This document shows, piece after piece, positions 48,160 to 60,695 of a stretch of 64,000 nt of DNA. The translations under genes were made by a program, and so were the position numbers. Every line of letters starts with the position of its first letter. Position 1 is the stretch's first letter. The notes below the pieces were generated by a model. The model ran no database searches, had not been told where the DNA came from, and was given only the letters and a program-made list of their open reading frames with translations. Source of the stretch: Amphiscolops sp. MND2022 (lineage: Eukaryota); contig OZ076421.1 in NCBI GenBank assembly GCA_964187785.1, forward strand, positions 58,032,001 through 58,096,000, given 5' to 3'.

Positions 48160-48831
48160 AACCGTGTAGAGAATAGTTGTGTGCTCAGAGAAGAGAAAAT
48201 AGTGAAAAAAGAAAAACATTGAGAGGCCGGGCCCCTCATACAGAAAATAACACATACATTTTTGCTTGATTGTCTAATTAGTGAGCTGAGAAACACGTTG
48301 AACCCAACCCCATTCAATTAACGTTGTTTGTATTGATTACCCGGTGCCGCTCGTACGCACCTGTATCTATTTGGAAGCATTTTGTGTTTGTGTATTCGAG
48401 TAGTTACTTTCCATATTTCTCACCCGTATTTATTTGAAGCACTATTATTATTCGTGGGTACACTGTGTTTAAATATAAAGAAACCCCGTTTATTTGAAGT
48501 CTTGTTTGCTGAATATTCCCGCTATCCAGGGAAAAGTAGTGTTTCTTTCGCTTTCAAAAAGAATAATTGATTGTTGTGTGGCGTTCTTTTGCCAAACAAG
48601 AGCCGAGGCCCTGATAGAGACAGGTCAAACTCAGAAAAAAAGGGAAAAACTGATTGAACGTTGAATAACTGGAACCTTTTCTGCCCGTTGCTGCCTGCTA
48701 CCTTTCGGTATAAAAAAAATCTTGTGGAACACCTAGCTCTCGATTCGCCTCGTCGAGAGTGTCGCGACTCAAATAGGTGTTGATTGTCGGTCGCAGTCAT
48801 AAAAAAAAGCCGGGCCGACAACTTTTCTACA
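46088..48831 (+). repeat. Element 2 3' LTR (2744 bp)
   Basis: Direct repeat of the 5' LTR; lacks ~30911-31288 and ~32736-33250, and has an extra ~75 bp at ~47280-47355. Confidence 0.93.
48109..48157. repeat. (GA)n microsatellite, expanded in the 3' LTR
   Basis: Long AG run; a shorter version lies at ~33289-33307. Confidence 0.95.
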
Positions 48832-48905
48832 ATTCTGCTAGTACGTTACCGGGATGTGTATCGTAATGCGAACATCAGATAAAAGTTATTCCTGATTTCA
48901 CCCAG

Positions 48906-49132
48906 TTTGAGCCTCCGAATATAGACGGTGGATACAGTGAGAACAACGCACGTTTCGATTTGGCAGTTTTGAAACTAAGTGAATGTCTTGAAACAAGAAG
49001 ACGCGATACAGCTATTCTTAACCCATGCCCTGTGAACTACAATTATCACGAGGGATTCGCCATTGGAATGGGATGGACTAGCAGAGAACGGAAAACTCTA
49101 CCTACAGATTTACAAGAGGTCAAATTGTTCAA
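48906..49132 (+). CDS. Serine-protease homolog, exon 2
   Basis: Phase-0 acceptor CCCAG|TTT; reads FEPPNIDGGY...RFDLAVLKLS...GMGWTS...LQEVKLF; donor GTAAGT at 49133. Confidence 0.8.
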
Positions 49133-49313
49133 GTAAGTTTGATAAAATTCATTCCAAATTGCTGAGCTTTTCGCAAACTTCAAGCCAGTTCTTTTTTTTC
49201 AAAATTAAGCTTTCTCGAGTCTTGCATATTAAGGAAGCATTTTATGGCCAAAAATACTGCCCTTAAGGGGTAATTTTGTTTAGATCGGACCAAATTCCCA
49301 TAACGAAAAGTGT

Positions 49314-51275
49314 TTTTAGTCGGCGCCTTTTCCTTTAAGGAAAAAAGCCCGACTATTACAGTGGCTAGTTTTTTTTTCTTTTTTTTTCGTCAGACCACAG
49401 AGCTCATCGCGTATGTACCACTTTTTACAGAAACTGATAAGTTCCCTCAGGCCAAGTTCGACCAATGCAAACGTACTGCAAAGGGTCCCCCCTTTCGTTT
49501 TTCACCTTTTTTACGTAACCTACAAAACCGGAAGACTCCAAAGGGTCCCCCCTTTCAATTTTTTTCGGCACCGTGCGAATTCTTTTTTCGAAAATTTTTA
49601 ATGTCTCAAAAGAGTCCCCCCTTCGGATTTTTTGATATTTTGCAACAGAAAATATGTTAATGAATCCCACAGGGTCCCCCTTTTCATTTTTCGGCACTAT
49701 GCGACGTTTTCGAAGTTTTTTTCAAAAAAAAATTCAAAAAAATTTTTTTCAAAAAAATTTTCAATTTTTTTGTTTCCAGTCGGGAAAAGTGATTTTCCAG
49801 TCATATCGAGCATGAAAGGCACACTTTGGGTGTCTCGAAAGTGTTTTCAAAGCTTTTCATGAATACATCTTGGGCATATTTAGAAAACTCTGCGCTTTTT
49901 GAGCCTTAGATATAGCGCCGACTTTAGACGTTCCCGTCTTGTTTAAATTAACGAAACTGATTGGAATTTCCAAGTACACACAATGAAAACATCTGCTCAG
50001 CACTGTTTTGACAAACCTAAAATGAGATCTTCAAAATTTCATTGGCTCGTTTCGTTGACTTGAGCCAGGAAACTATAATTTCTGATTGAAATTAAGGCAT
50101 CAATGCATCATTGTTGAACTTTTACTCAGGCATCAGTCCCGGATAAATCCCTGGTAAATCTTGCACAAAACGTCCGTTTTTAGTCGGCGCCTTTTCCCTT
50201 AAGGAAAAAAGCCCGACTATTACAGCGGGTAGTTTTTTTAGTCGGCGCCTTTTCCCTTAAGGAAAAAAGCCCGACTATTACAGTGGGTAGTTTTTTTAGT
50301 CGGTGCCTTTTCCCTTAAGGAAAAAAGCCCGACTCTTACAGTGAGTAGTTTTTTTTCAGTTGACAATCTCACTCTGAGTGGTCCACTTTTCTTACAATTT
50401 GTTCATCTTTCATATTTGTTCATCTTCCATCTTCGACCCAGCCGGAGAGCGTGGGTTCGATTCTCGCACTAAACCATAAATTTTTAATGCTTCCAAAAGT
50501 ACAGATGAGACCAAAGGGTCCCCCTTTTGGGTTTTTTCCGGCACTATGCGACTTTTTTTCGAAAATTTTCGAAATTTATCAAAGGGTACCCCCTTGCATT
50601 TTTTTGAAGTTTTCGGTTTGTAGAAAACGTTGAATGAGCCTGAATGGCCTCTTTTTGACTTTTTCGGCATTGTGCGACTTAAAAAATACTTTTTTCGAAA
50701 AAAAAATCAAAAATATTTTTTTTGAAAAAAATTTTTCCAATAGTTGTTCCTTGAATATTTTTGAGCCTAAGATATGGCGCCGACTTGGGACGTTCCCGTC
50801 TTGTTTTCTTTTTCAGCCTACAATCTCACTCTGAATGGTCCACTTTTCTTACAATCTTTGTTCATTTGTTCAACTAATTTTCCGAGAAGCCGGAGATCGT
50901 GGGTTCGATTCTCGCACTAAACCACAAACTTTTTATGCTTCCAAAAGTAGATGCGAGACCAAAGGTTTTCTTTCGTTTGATTTTTTTTCGTTTTTTTCGG
51001 CACTATGCGATTTTTTTTTCGAAAATTTTCGGATTCTATCAAAGGGTAACACCTTGCATTTTTTTGAAGTTTCGGTTTGTAAAAACGTTTAATGAGCCTG
51101 AATGGCCTCTTTTTGAGTTTTTCGGCATTGTGCGACTTTCTAAAAAAATACTTTTTTCGAAAAAAAAATCAATTTTTTTTGAAAAAAAAATTTTCCAAAT
51201 GTTTCCAATAGTTCTTCTTTGAATATTTTTGAGCCTTAGATATGGCGCCGACTTGAGACGATCCCATCTTGTTTC
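49314..51275. repeat. Cluster of interspersed non-autonomous repeat copies, including a ~455-bp direct duplication (50363-50810 / 50820-51275)
   Basis: Repeated AAAGGGTCCCCC cores, GAGCCTTAGATATGGCGCCGAC ends and duplicated ACAATCTCACTCTGA.TGGTCCAC starts. Confidence 0.75.
50182..50355. repeat. Three tandem 58-bp palindromic units
   Basis: AGTCGGCGCCTTTTCCCTTAAGGAAAAAAGCCCGACT at 50182, 50240 and 50298; single copies at ~49318 and ~62400. Confidence 0.9.
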
Positions 51276-52905
51276 TTATAGATACTTGCCAGTTTGAGGT
51301 CATACCTGCAAGATTCTTGCAAGTTCAATGTCTTTCTTGCAAGAATCTTGCGAGACGTCTTCCAAGAATAATGCATTGTTTTGCAACGTGTTGCATTGTT
51401 TTTGCAAGGTTTGTATTTTGTAACTCTAGGGTTTATAGAAGAACATTTTATACTAATGATCTTTAACATATATTCAGTGAAACTACTTTCACTCAACCTT
51501 CGCGGATAAGATCCTGCAATATAAGAGAAGCCCACCTAATAAAAGTCTGCTAATCCAGCTCAAGAATCTTGTTTGATTGCTCACCACTTCAGGTACAGAT
51601 GGTGTCTAAATCTGCAGGTCGATGCTGGTATAGAGGTTGATCACGAGTCACAGATTTGTTTCGGCAGTAACCACACAAGTGCAGAGATGGGCATCATTGC
51701 CGGGATACACACAGGCACGTGCCAAAACAGCGACCAAACTCTGCAACACATACCAAAATACTGAATAAGTCTAAAAGTTTCTATTTTTGCCTTTTTTCTT
51801 CGTGTTCATTTTTGTCGGTTTCACTGATTTCAGGCCACATACTTCACGCTGATTAATTTACCGAATATTACACTGAAATTTACTGTTCTCGGTCTGCTAT
51901 CTGCAAAGCAGCCAAAATGTAGTCTTTCGATAACTGTAAGAAAATACGTCAATTGCAAAGATGAGCCGATTTTTTAGAAAACGATTTGTTTCTTGATATT
52001 TTTTGTGGGCTTCTTCAGAATTTTTCAGGAAAAACGTCTTCGAGTAGTTTAGGACCCGACTTGGATCGTTCACAACTTTTTGGTTATCCAGGAACTTTTT
52101 CGAGCTATATTTAGCTTTATAATAATAATTTTTCCGGTGGTTTAGAAAATTTTGTTTGAAAAATCAATTTTGTTAGCTAATATCCAATCGCCCGGGTTGG
52201 CAACGAATCGCAGTCCACCGGTGGTCACCGATGTGTCATCTGGAGCTTTGAGATGGTCACCTGTGGACATTGATAAATACAAGGGTGGCCACCGATGGCT
52301 CCACTTGTAAAAAATCAGCATCAAGCCCGGTTTGGGATGCACCCCCTCTCCGATTTTAGACCTTATTCCATTCACACCATTACGACGCCAATCGGGGAAC
52401 TTTGGTTTTTTTTCAAGAATTGAGGAAAATTGGCTCTTGTGTTACTTCCAAAACGTGTTTTCTAGAAATGAGGAAAAAGTGCACTTCAAAGTGCCGCCAA
52501 TTTTGCACGAAGAATTCAGACAATATTATTGGTAGTGCAAAAATGAAATTTTCAAGAAATGAGGAACTGGTTTTGTGGATTCTTCACAGTAATAATAGTA
52601 TACTGTTCCCTAGTTTAAAAATAGACGTGAAGATTCTTCCAGTTTCGTCAATTCTTCAAAGCTTTCTTTGACTCCAATTTCATCATTTCTTGAAAACCCA
52701 CGGAATTTAATCGATGTGAAGAATCCACACCACACTGCAACAGATCTGTTGCAGTCAAAAGTTCCCTGTTTGGCGGCGTAATCACTGTCAAGCATGTCCG
52801 AGCATGTGATTTCACTACTCAAAACCCGTTTTAGAATTTTTGAGAAAATGTCCACCAAGGTACCATCAAGGTGTCCATCAAGGTACCATTGGTGGTCACC
52901 GGTAG

Positions 52906-53210
52906 AAACTGAATTGACAGCCCGAAAGTGTCTCCACTGGTGGACGGCCAGTACGGGTTTAAATTGCAAACTCATTCATTTTTGACCCGATTTTGGAATT
53001 CGGTCGTTGCAAGGCGATTACGGAGGTCCTCTGTTCGACAAACACACTTTCAGCAACGAAGCCAAATGCCTCATCGGAGTGGCCAGTTTCAGCCACAGCT
53101 CTTTCGATGGCTCTCTTCTCACAAGTGTGTTCACAAGGACATCCCCATTCATAACCTTCATCCACCAATGTATCTCTCACTTCTCATTGTCCTGTCCAAT
53201 CATGAAGTAG
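52906..53210 (+). pseudogene. Serine-protease homolog, C-terminal exon remnant
   Basis: GDYGGPLF (catalytic Ser replaced by Tyr), CLIGVASF and VFTRTS, stop at 53208-53210. Upstream FGRC is in another frame and the acceptor is unresolved. Confidence 0.65.
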
Positions 53211-53942
53211 TTCGACGGACTCTAGAAGAACCTTATAAACAATTAAATAGTCTACAAATGGTAGACCTCTGAAACTTCTGAAAATGGTTGACTGGGAGCT
53301 TTTCTCTATTGTGCATGGTTGTTTACTCCGTTCATATTCCTCATTTAAACCCCCCTCCCAAAGTAGTAAACATTGTTTCGTACCCCCAACACCATTTTGT
53401 TCTTGGAATAACATATACTTCACGCATAATAAAAAAAGTTATATTGTTACGAATACATTGAGGATTGTCTCTACAGCTGTTTCGGCACTTCTGGCAAATT
53501 TTTACAATTATTTTGTTAATTTTTTTGACCGAAAAAAGACGAAATTTTATGCCTGGGAGAAATTAAAATTGCAAAGAGCACAATTTTAACGCAAATTTTC
53601 TAAAATAAAACATGCAACTTTTAACTGAACCAATCTAAAAAATCATGTCGACATCAATTAATTTATTGGATAAAAATTGCCATCGCAAACGATGTCGACA
53701 TAGTGGTATTTTTTGAACCTTGTTTCATGTTAAATACCCTGCAGCTGCTTGGGGGAGGGGGAGAAATAAGAAACTTCAACCAAAAAATATCAAGTCAATC
53801 AGAATTTTGATCTCACTTTGTCACGAGTAAAACTGCGTTTCCGAGGGCCTAATTCTAACCCAATAATTAACCACAGTTGCACCCAGGTTCCACTGCAAAT
53901 TCTACTACCGATGACAACTTTAGCAATAACTCTCATCCGACC

Positions 53943-54154
53943 TGTTATAGGCTTGCAGTAACGGTATGCTGAGAAAGTGAAGTGAAAAGAATGAATGTAT
54001 GAACTGTAGTTTATGGCGAACGTTACAAGTATGGCAAGTCGTTTTCTTTTGCCACTTTAACAAATTCTGACAGGTTGTTAAATATATGTCAAATATGGCA
54101 ATTAAAGATTTTCACACCGTTGTTTTAATCTAATGTACAACTCGCTCTACCACA
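53943..54154 (-). repeat. Probable 3' LTR of element 3 (212 bp)
   Basis: On the minus strand, PPT GAGGGGAG (54162-54155) is followed by TGTGGTAG...CTATAACA. Confidence 0.55.
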
Positions 54155-57100
54155 CTCCCCTCATTGGTATGGGAGGCGAAGCGGGAACAATTTACAAACA
54201 GAAATTGGTAGCTCATTCATAGGGTAGCGCCATAATGGTTAAATAGGTTAACACACAGTTTACTAGACTAATATCCATACTAACGACTAGCTCACAGTCA
54301 ATGTATATGCTGGCTTGTTAACTAAAACAACATGTTTAACTCATTGGATTTTCCACCCAATTACAAATGGTACCATATTTAAATTGGTAAAATTTTTTGA
54401 CAGTGTCTTCCGTGGGGCAGTTTTATTTACAAGGAGTTTGGGTTAGAGATTTCTATCACGCTCGGAAGGCTATCTTCTTCCATCAGGGATTCTTGCTCTA
54501 TTTTGGAGATCATGATGTTATTTCCCCACCGATCTGGCTTTTTTGTAACTCTGGCTGAAGAGCGGGGCTTTCCCCACTTGACTGACCCCTTGTTCGGCAT
54601 CATTGTTGAGTTTTCTTCGTTTCTGCCCATTTCGGCTGGTTCGCTGTCGTCACCACTAATTGAAGGTTCCGGCTGTACTTGTTGGTCAGGGATGTCTTTG
54701 TTTAGATTCTATTCGTTTTTTATCTGTACATCCACATCGTTGTCGCTTTCTGTGCATTCTTGTGGCATTAGACCCATTTGGGACACCAGCATTGTTTTTA
54801 GCTTTACCGCTTTTTCTTTCCTCTTCTCTCTATTTACACTCTTCTCCTTGATCTCACTTGCCTTTCTTTTATTCTTTGCCGACTTGTTTCCACTTGGCTC
54901 CTTGCTGGGACTTGGCACTTTGCTGCTGCTCGCCTTATGTACATTTGTAGCAACATCTCTCTTTGAGTACACTACTTGTCTGCCCGTCGTTGGTAGAATT
55001 GTGATTGTGTGGCTTGATTGGTCCACAATTTGACCATTTACCTTATTGAAGGCGCCCTCCAATTTTGTCCCTCTGACACGTTCTCTGACTAATGTAGTGG
55101 AGTCTGCTTCTTCGCTAAAATCTTCCTGCTCTATTTCGACTCCTGGGTCTTGATCTAAAATACATTGTTCTATCATTCGTGATTTTTCTGTATTTGGTTT
55201 TCTCCCGTTCTGCCTTTCAAATGCTGACTTTCCATCTGGGCCTTTTTCTGATCTTAGTGCAAAGAAAATATTCGAAATTCCCCTTTTGTCTTTAGAAATC
55301 AGAAATTTTGCGTAGGTTCTCAATCTTTCTTTGATCGTTCGGATCATTCTTTCTACGTTTCCGTTTCCGTCATGATCTCTGACTGGGCAGATGTTATGTT
55401 CTATGAATTTTTCTTTACAGAATTTTTTTTCGCTCTTACATGCTGTTCCAGTGTCTGTTCTGATTCTTTCAGTTATACCGTTTTTTGTGATAATTTTTAG
55501 AAGAAATTCAATTACTTTATCAGTTGTGGAATTAGGCAAGAAAAAAGCATATGGCCATCCCGAGTGGTTATCGATGTATACCAATAAATACATTTTCTTC
55601 AACCTTGCATTATGATAGGGCCCGCAAAATCTAGCGAAAATTCCACATTTGGCTGATTAGCCGCTGGTAGTTTTCTGAATTCATTTTGTGATTTCATGCA
55701 TTTTAGGTTCTTACCTGCTAGGTGGCATTCGTTGCAATTCCTGGCTTTTCGATATTTTCTCTGTGGATGCGAGGCCACCAAACATCCGAGGCCTCTCTCA
55801 GCATTGCATCGCGCCCTGTGTGAGCGAAATGAATTGCCCAGAGCATGTTCTCGCGCATGTCCTTAGGGATAACACGTCTGTGGTCCATGTATAAAAGGCC
55901 GTTCGAGTCGACGGAGAATGAATTATTATTTTCCCTCCATGGGGGTAGACGTGCAATGACGGTGGTATTTTTGATTTGAACCAGGTTGATTACTTTTTGA
56001 ATTACCCGATCGTTTTTGGCGTTGGTTCTTTTGTAAACCGACCTAATTTTGAGTTTGGCAAATCGTTGGCTTGTGCCATTTTTGGTAATTGCTTGTCAAC
56101 TTTTATTGATGGCTCAAGTGCGCTGTTTGTTTGCATAGGCGCGTGGACTGACAAAATTCTACCGTTCTGCTTTTGCTTATCTTTCTTACTTTCCTGCGCT
56201 CTGATTGGTTTACGCTGATCTGCCAATCGCTCTATATCTGGCGTAATTTCTTTAACTACATTTCTACATTTACTATAAACAAAACGTTAAACAATTCCTC
56301 CGCTTTAGCTACCGACCCTTCGTACTGTGAGGGATGTCTAGACAGATAATCTGCCATTCCCAAGGATCTCCCGGGAATATTTACAATAGCGAATTCAAAT
56401 GGCAGGAGTCTGTCCACCAACCTAGTTATTCGATTTGAAGCTGTTTTGTTTCTTTTATTAGATCTAAGTACGCTCTGCAATGCTTTATGGTTGGAAACTA
56501 TTCCAAATGCGACTCCGTACACGTAAATGTCAAAATGTTCTTTTGACCATACTACCGCCAATAGTTCTAATTCAATAATTGATTATTTAGACTCTAACTC
56601 GGATAAAAATCTCGAAGCATAAGCAAAAGTTTCCATCTGTTTTCCTCGCATTGCTGTAGGACAGCGCCTAAGCCTTGTTTGCTCGCATCGCATATAATTC
56701 TCAACGGTTTATTTCTTCTGAAATGCGTTCGTTCAGCAGCTACTTTTCTCTTTTCTTGGTTCACCACTTTGAACGCCCTTTCATGTTCATCGGTCCAATT
56801 CCATATTGCATCTTTCTTTAAAAGGGATCTGAATAGAAACACATTGACGCAATGTCCAGGGTGAACTTATTGAATTGATTTACCGCATCGAGGAACGATC
56901 GTAGTTCCTTCAGATTCGTCGGTCGTAGTTTTTCTGTTATGCCTTGCAAAATGGAATGAAATGAAATTCTCTGACTTGTCATTTCAAAGCCTAACCACTC
57001 AATTTCTTGTTTGTTTATTTTGCATTTTCTCGCCTTTAATTGAAGTTTTGCCCCTTGCAATGTTTCCAAAATTTCCCGCACCTTATCTATGTGGTTTAGC

Positions 57101-59150
57101 TTGGTTAGTATTAAAATGTCATCTATAAACACGAATACTTCTCTAAATTTTGCTTTTAAAAGGTCCATTACTTTTTGAAGTTCTGTTTGCATAACCGAAA
57201 GACCATAAAATCCCGTAACAAATCTGTACGTTCCTGTGGATTCCCCATCGATCATTTGAAAACTACACTGTTTTGCCGTTAGATGGTGTAAGGGAATTTG
57301 ACCGTAAGCATAGGTCATATCTACCGACGAAAACCACGCTTCACCTTATTCAGTATCCAGTTTTTCTGCGACCACATCTAGTAAATTGTCTAGATTTGGC
57401 ATTTGGTATTTATCTTTATTGATTGCTTGTTTGAGCGCGTGTGCGTCTAATGCAATTTTCACTGAACGATCCTTCCTTACCGTGATTACAGTCGGCTGGA
57501 TGTACACGTCTTCCTTTAAGTCGTTTGTTTTCTCAAAATTACTTTTTATCAATCTGTTCATTTCCGCATCCACTGCCTTTTGCAGATGGATGGGGGATTC
57601 TTCTCCCTGTTTGCTGAATTACCTTGGCTTCCAGTTTCAACTTATTTTTTTTCGGAAACTGTTTTCTTTGCCCTGGCTTTTCAGTAAATTCGGAATATCA
57701 TTAAATAGTTGCTTGTTTCCGGGCTTAGCTCATTTTCCTTTTCTTTAGAATTTACTTCCCTCGCCCTTTTCTGGTTCCAGCTTGTATTGTAAAGTTGGCA
57801 GCCATTCTCTGCCAATTTTTGACATTGATCCGCTCCGGGAAATTAGAATTCTGGTTTTTCTGATATAGCTGTCATTCGCTTGCAATTTGCAAAAGACATA
57901 TCCCAGTATTGCAGTGGTTTTCCGTTGAAGTCCACATAGCGTTCACAGCGTTTTCTTCTATCATCTGTCGCACGGGTAGTTTTTCCCTCTTCATGATTCT
58001 TTTGATCTCGTCTAGTGCGAAGATGGTTACTGGAGATCCCGTGTCTATCACGGTTTTGAATCGATTATCATTGATGAAACCTTCCATGTAGTTTGTTTCG
58101 CTTCGTTATTGTCTCCTTCTACCTTCAGCACCATGTAGTCATCATCATATCCATCGCCGAACTCTTCCAGGTCGACCAACTGCACGCCCTTGCCGAATCC
58201 TCTGGAGTTGCCACTTTTCTGGTGAGTGTCTTGTTTCTTCTGGTTGCACACCCGCTCTAAGTGGCCTTTTCGTCCGCAGTATTTGCACATTGCGTCCGGT
58301 GCTTTGCAGCGTTTTAACTAGTCCAGGGTAAATTTCCCAGCGCGTAATGGTTTATGTATTCGTAGGATTTTTGGCGTTTTCAGCCATCCTCGAAGGCAAT
58401 GGCAAATTGTAACTTTCTAGCTGGCGACTCCATTGGCTCAGTGCAAGGTTTCTCTTGTACTTGTTTGTTTGCGATGTTAAGTACAAAGATGTCGTGTACT
58501 AATCTCTCTGATCGGTCGCCAGAATCGCATTTAGCAACGAGACCGTTTAGTGCGTTCCAAAATTGGAACACAAAATATACTGGTTGACCACCGATGGTCA
58601 TTCGATGATTTCAGTGGTCATATAATGATATATGGTTCTATTATGGCAAACGAGTTTTTTCAAAATATTATAGAAAACGAATCATGGAATACCGAAGTTA
58701 CATCATAGTTTTTGCACTATTGTTCGGCTGAGGTTCTACTTTCACTCCATCTGATGATAGTAGCGGTGCGATCTGTCCGTCACAAGTTCGTTTCTTTTCA
58801 TCTTCGCGTTTTGTCATTGCCGGGTAATGTCAATTTATTCTTTCGGTTCTTGGTTCCAAGCGATTTGAACGACGGAACAAATTTCGAGCAAAAAGTGTTT
58901 CCGATGAACAACATTTTCCGTGTTTTCCTTGTACAGTTGTAGTCTGTTTTTAAACTTGAAATTCTCTTTTACCCAGTTCAATTCCTCGCCATCGATACAA
59001 GGATGGGTCAGTTTTTGCATCCGTGTGCTGTCAAGCAGTCTTTCAGGTGTTTGGGTACAAACATCATTCCCTTATCTGTATTCCCACATCATTCCTACAA
59101 TCGCCTTTTGGCATTCCGAACCGCCTAGAAAAATTAGTTTTTTGTTGAGA
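53943..59150 (-). mobile_element. Element 3: degraded, 5'-truncated Ty3/Gypsy retrotransposon (gag-PR-RT-RH-IN), no env
   Basis: QFWNALNGLVAKCD and CKYCGRKGHLERVC (gag); VIDTGSP; KYQMPNLD; FIDDIL; CDASKQGLGAVL; LDFAGP; RTDTGT; VERMIRTIK. No matching 5' LTR found. Confidence 0.88.
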
Positions 59151-60349
59151 ATACATTCAATGTTGATCGGTCAGTGCAGCTGCTTGGCATGTGAAGATAA
59201 TTAAGCGATGACAGAAACTTTTGGAGGAAAAAATTTTAAAAGACACAGGCTAAAACTAAGTTTTTTTTCGTTTCGTAGGAAAATACAAAACTAACGAGAA
59301 GAGCGAAGTCAAGTGAAGTTGTCCTCATGAACTAAGATTGTTGCAGCGACCAAGTTTTTGATAGAAGTGGACCGAAACATTCCTTGGGACAAAAGTATTT
59401 TGTCAAACATTGAAACGAAACGGAACAATTCTTTTCTCAAATTTTCGTCGCATGAAATTTTCTTGAATGTTGGCGTTTGAAAAAGAAAACTAAACAAAAG
59501 AACTAAAATTTATTATGACGGTCATTTCTCATTCCATTTCGTTAGTGTGGTCCAGAAAATTGTACCAAAACGCCTGTGGGTGAAGCACCTATAACCCTTT
59601 CCAGAGTTTTCTTTTGAAACAAACCAAAAAAGTCAGTAAGCATCCGGTTGTAAATCTTGTAGATTACTCTGCAGTTTCCACTGATGAAAGTAAATTGGAA
59701 AGATATTCCCAATTCGTTACCGGCAACAAGATCTTGTTAAATCCACCTTATGATTTCTCTATTACTCGTCTAATTTGAATATTGCTGAACAAATTGAACA
59801 CTTTTTAACGCGACTGCAGTCAATTTGCAGAAAAATGGCGGTAAATTTGATAGCGTTTCAGGCTGCATTTACGAAAAAAAAACTGATGCATATCAAAATC
59901 AGCACAAGGTCTTCACTGCCATGAGCAATAGCTAAGAATACTTTGGTGCAGTGTAGGTATGTCTCTAGCGTACGTCTTGTGATGTCCGATCTTGTCTGTG
60001 GATGCTGGCTGCATTACTCTATTTCTCGGAAAGGCTCAGGAAGTTTTTCCGAAACAAGTGTGAAAATCACCACTTGATTGTTTACCGCGACCCAATTAAT
60101 CCTCGGGGCTGTATTGGCTTCATAGAACTTCATGCACTAAAACCTGGTAAACAAAATCATAAAACGTTCTTTTTCGTCGGCTCTTCATGAAGTAAAACAT
60201 GACTATTATAGTGACTCTTTTTTTCAATCGACACAAACTGACCAAAATAGTTCCTAAAAGTTCTACCAAGGTTCATGGTGTCAAATTTAACCATTTGGTC
60301 TAGAGAACTGAACCAAAACGGTTTCTCCTGTTTTTCCGTGTAACGTAAA

Positions 60350-60695
60350 ATAGCGGGGAGACCAAAGTGTCACCTTTTCAGTTTTTTCGGCATTCTGAAA
60401 GTTTTTTTTCGAAATAAATGTTTGTCCCTAAAGGGTCCCCCTTCAACTCTTTTGATTTTTTTGTGGCAGGATGGGTGTTAAAAATTGCCAAAGGGTCCCA
60501 GGTTTTTCCTGGACTTTTTATTGTGAGACATTTTATCGAAAAATTTTTAATGACTCCAAGGAGTCCCCCTTCAATTTTTTTGATGTTTCGCGACCGAAAT
60601 GGGTACTGTAAGAAAATCTTGACAGTTTGAAGAACTTTTGCTATTTTTGAGCCTTAGATATGGCGCCGACTTATGCCGTTCCCGGCTTGTTTCCT
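60350..60695. repeat. Another copy of the GAGCCTTAGATATGGCGCC-ended repeat family
   Basis: AAAGGGTCCCCCTTCAA core and terminal motif at ~60648-60692. Confidence 0.75.

Larger units (their letters stand above)
30444..48831 (+). mobile_element. Element 2: full-length env-bearing Ty3/Gypsy LTR retrotransposon, 18.4 kb, with very long LTRs
   Basis: LTRs 30444-33978 and 46088-48831 with 12-bp terminal inverted repeats TGTAGAAAAGTT/AACTTTTCTACA; flanks ATTGT / ATTCT; PBS, PPT and gag-pol-env. Confidence 0.95.

Noticed and set aside
50182-50355. 58-bp palindromic repeats as CRISPR
   Set aside because: The intervening segments are nearly identical, the context is eukaryotic and the unit is dispersed elsewhere.
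51573-51764. GC-richer patch as an extra protease exon
   Set aside because: No frame gives trypsin motifs in the right orientation and phase.
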